NCBI RefSeq assembly: GCF_902459465.1
Contig: NC_047062.1
Location: 13,950,001-14,014,000, forward strand
Direction: 5' to 3'
DNA: 64,000 bases
Origin: Asterias rubens
Taxonomy: Eukaryota
The position numbers were made by a program, and so were the translations under genes. The notes beneath the pieces were generated by a model. It worked only from the letters and a program-made list of their open reading frames with translations. It was not told the DNA's origin and did no database searches. Position 1 is the stretch's first letter. Each line of letters opens with the position of its first letter. Below are positions 61,314 to 64,000 of this stretch, piece by piece.

Positions 61314-62129
61314 GTTACCAGCAAATTTACATTCATTCATTAATTACCACTTGATTAAATGCATTAAAGTGGCAGTATAATTTCTACAATTAAATTTCTA
61401 CAATTCATCAGATAAAAAATTCCATCAACAACTTATTAAACTGCAGAGAGTCAGATGCTCATCACCGACAACTGTCTCATTAAAAATGCAAGTCACTGTT
61501 GTTTTTTCTGGTTTTCTTACTGACTTCTCGCCTTCAACTCTTTCAATAACGCAGATTGATTTTCAGGTGAACTCTCTTGATTAAAATGTCTGACCAATGA
61601 ATCATTGATACAAGCCTTTCCCCGACTGATCACTTTGGCCAAAAGTCCTTGAACTATTGACCGTTCCTCCTGATGACCATTGACACTTAAAGACAGAGCA
61701 ATCTCCGACGGCAATTAGTTGATAAATTAAGAAACATGTTAGACCTTGACTGGGGCATCAAAGGCTTTCGGACAGAGTCATTTCTGCTCCATTGTATTTC
61801 TTATACTTTAAGAATGTCTTCAGTACATTCAAGATTAAATTTATCACAGAAAAACAAACTTGTGAAATTTTACACCAAATAAAATAGTGGCAATGCATTT
61901 ACCAACCAGTCTGAAACAGCTCCAGCTATGTCATTATCAATATTTTAATACCTTGTTGTTAAAATTATTATTGTTCACAACTTTATGTTGCTAATTGTTG
62001 AAATAAATTATGAATTTTCTATACAAAAAATAAAACGATAAGTATCTATGAGTGCGGTATATAAAACAAATATCAGATGCATGGTAATTACTCTCAGCAT
62101 ATAGCAGAGTAAAATTACACGTTGAAATC

Positions 62130-62382
62130 TTGGCCCAACTTCATGGCTCTGCTCACCGTAAGCAAAGAATTTGTGCAGGGATTTCCGCACTCACGCCAAG
62201 TGTATTTCACAAATTACCAGGGAGTTTATGCTTACATGTGCGAGCGTGTACTCCAAGGTAATAATAGGCTTTCTTTGCCTACACGGGTAGCGCATAAATT
62301 TAGCTTGTACAGTAAGCAGAGAATGTTGATCATAAAAAAAGGGCAGAATTCAGGGGTAAATAGAGCAATGAAATTGGGTCCG
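62130..62382. mobile_element. MITE family D2
   Basis: TGGCCCAACTTCATGGCTCTGCT ... AGAGCAATGAAATTGGGTCC. Confidence 0.72.
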
Positions 62383-62496
62383 GGACTCTTCCATTTAACT
62401 TCTGACATGAAACAGTCCAGATTTCACCTCATAATTATATTCTGTCATATTGTTCGCATATGCTAGGCATCCAATATTTGGATAAAATGCAGAAGA

Positions 62497-62800
62497 TACA
62501 TGCATAATTTCATGAGCAACCACTCCACTGTATCTGCCTAAGTAGATATTTATCAGTCCGAATTGTATTTTGTAATATTGTTCTCATATGAATCCAAAAA
62601 ATTGATAACAAGCAGAAATAACTCAAAATAATTTCATGAGCAACCACTGCACTGTGGTATCTTTAAAAAAGCATTTGCCAAAGTAGATATTTATCAGTCT
62701 GAATTCAGTTATATTGTTCTCAAATGAATCAAAATAATTGATAACATGGAGAAATAACTCAAATAATTTCACGAGCAACCATTGCACTGTGGTCTTTAAA
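62497..62800. repeat. Tandem repeat of about 125-133 bp, about 2.5 units
   Basis: TAATTTCA(T/C)GAGCAACCA at about 62506, 62631 and 62764. Confidence 0.85.
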
Positions 62801-64000
62801 AAATTTTTTTTTAAAGCAACAAAATAGATGATCAATACTCTGCCTATAACAAAAGAGACCGTCACGCAACAGGTTTCACTGGTTCTGTCCTTTCACGAAC
62901 ACCCTGACATTCTCTGTTCAAATATATACTGGTACCCATTCAACATCATTCCTTTGGAACAACCGGCTTGACAAATTAACTATTTCAAATAAGCCGCATT
63001 CTGCCCGATCGTATAGAAAAATTATAATTGTTAATGGGCAGCAAAGTACAGTGTCATCTAGGGAAACTGGCAATTCGGGTAGTGGTTGGATGAAGAGAAA
63101 TATTTACATTCTAATTGTGCTACACATCCAGGTGGTTGACAATGCAAGCAATTTGATAAAAACCCTGCAGATCGCGAGCGGTAGTTACACATAGCGCATT
63201 GATGTGCGTTTTAAATCATGATTTTTTTTCATGCAGTATTTACGCATAAGGAAGTATTTCCGCACAGAGCAGAGTTGTGTATTAAAAAAAACTATTTTGT
63301 TCACACAGTATTTACACTAGCACATGGTTGTTTGTATAAAATAGAAAAAATTAATGGTTTATTTCCCCAAAAAGATGACCGACTTTAAACTGTGTGACGT
63401 CAACCAAAATATTTTTGCACAGGGGGAATGACACTTGAACAAGTGATAAATATAAGTACTGTAAAAAGCCATTAAGTTATCCCCAATTTATTGGATGTTT
63501 TATTTAAAAAACATAATACTTTAGGAACTTAAAGTTTACTAATTACATGATGAATTGCGTCAATAACGTCAATAAAAATTGTCATAACGAACGAAAAATT
63601 CATAAAAGATTGCCTGCTTTTCCCCCAGAAAATTACATAATGTATGAAAATGTGTTTATTATGATTGCCCCCAGCAGAACTTCTTCAGGGGGACTCTTTA
63701 GAGTTAAAGACGTAGATTATCAATTTCCGAGTTAAAACACAGACATGGCCAGAAAACCAAAGTTAAATCAGTAGAAATTATGTTAATGAAACGACCGTCA
63801 CTTTACAGTTTTGCAGAAAGTCCCATAAACAAATGGGAGAAAAACAACTTTATGATAAAAGTAGAAAACTAGGAAATCTCATTTTGTGTAGAAAAAAAAC
63901 CTGTTCTACAAAAAAGTCTTGTAAAACTTACGAGAGGCAAGAAATTGTCCTCAAAGAGAACCCAGAGCATTCAGAGCTCTCATCAGAAATTCAAGTCCTA

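Overview
AT-rich eukaryotic (metazoan) genomic DNA. The repeat landscape looks like an echinoderm, probably a sea star; this is an inference I cannot verify. The window holds one spliced protein-coding gene on the minus strand, a RasGRP/CalDAG-GEF family Ras/Rap exchange factor with REM, CDC25 GEF, two EF-hands, a C1 domain and a C-terminal coiled coil. I rebuilt it by hand as 16 coding exons from ATG at 46052 to TGA at 8764 (2406 nt, 801 aa). Main points of interest: (1) a U12-type AT-AC intron at 42293-42613; (2) the reading frame only closes if a 2-nt microexon 'AG' at 19520-19521 is included, and that site has a branch point, a long AG-free pyrimidine tract, a strong donor and two downstream TGCATG motifs; (3) several phase-compatible candidate alternative first exons; (4) a structurally intact, sense-oriented minimal hammerhead ribozyme of Penelope-like type in an intron, paired with an inverted degenerate copy. 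The rest is non-autonomous DNA transposons (TTAA-flanked Kolobok-like MITEs, Harbinger-like MITEs, an EnSpm-like element, elements with 6-bp flanking duplications, an internally deleted Tc1), tRNA-derived SINEs, an RTE LINE tail and local tandem repeats. Most ORFs in the supplied track are spurious.
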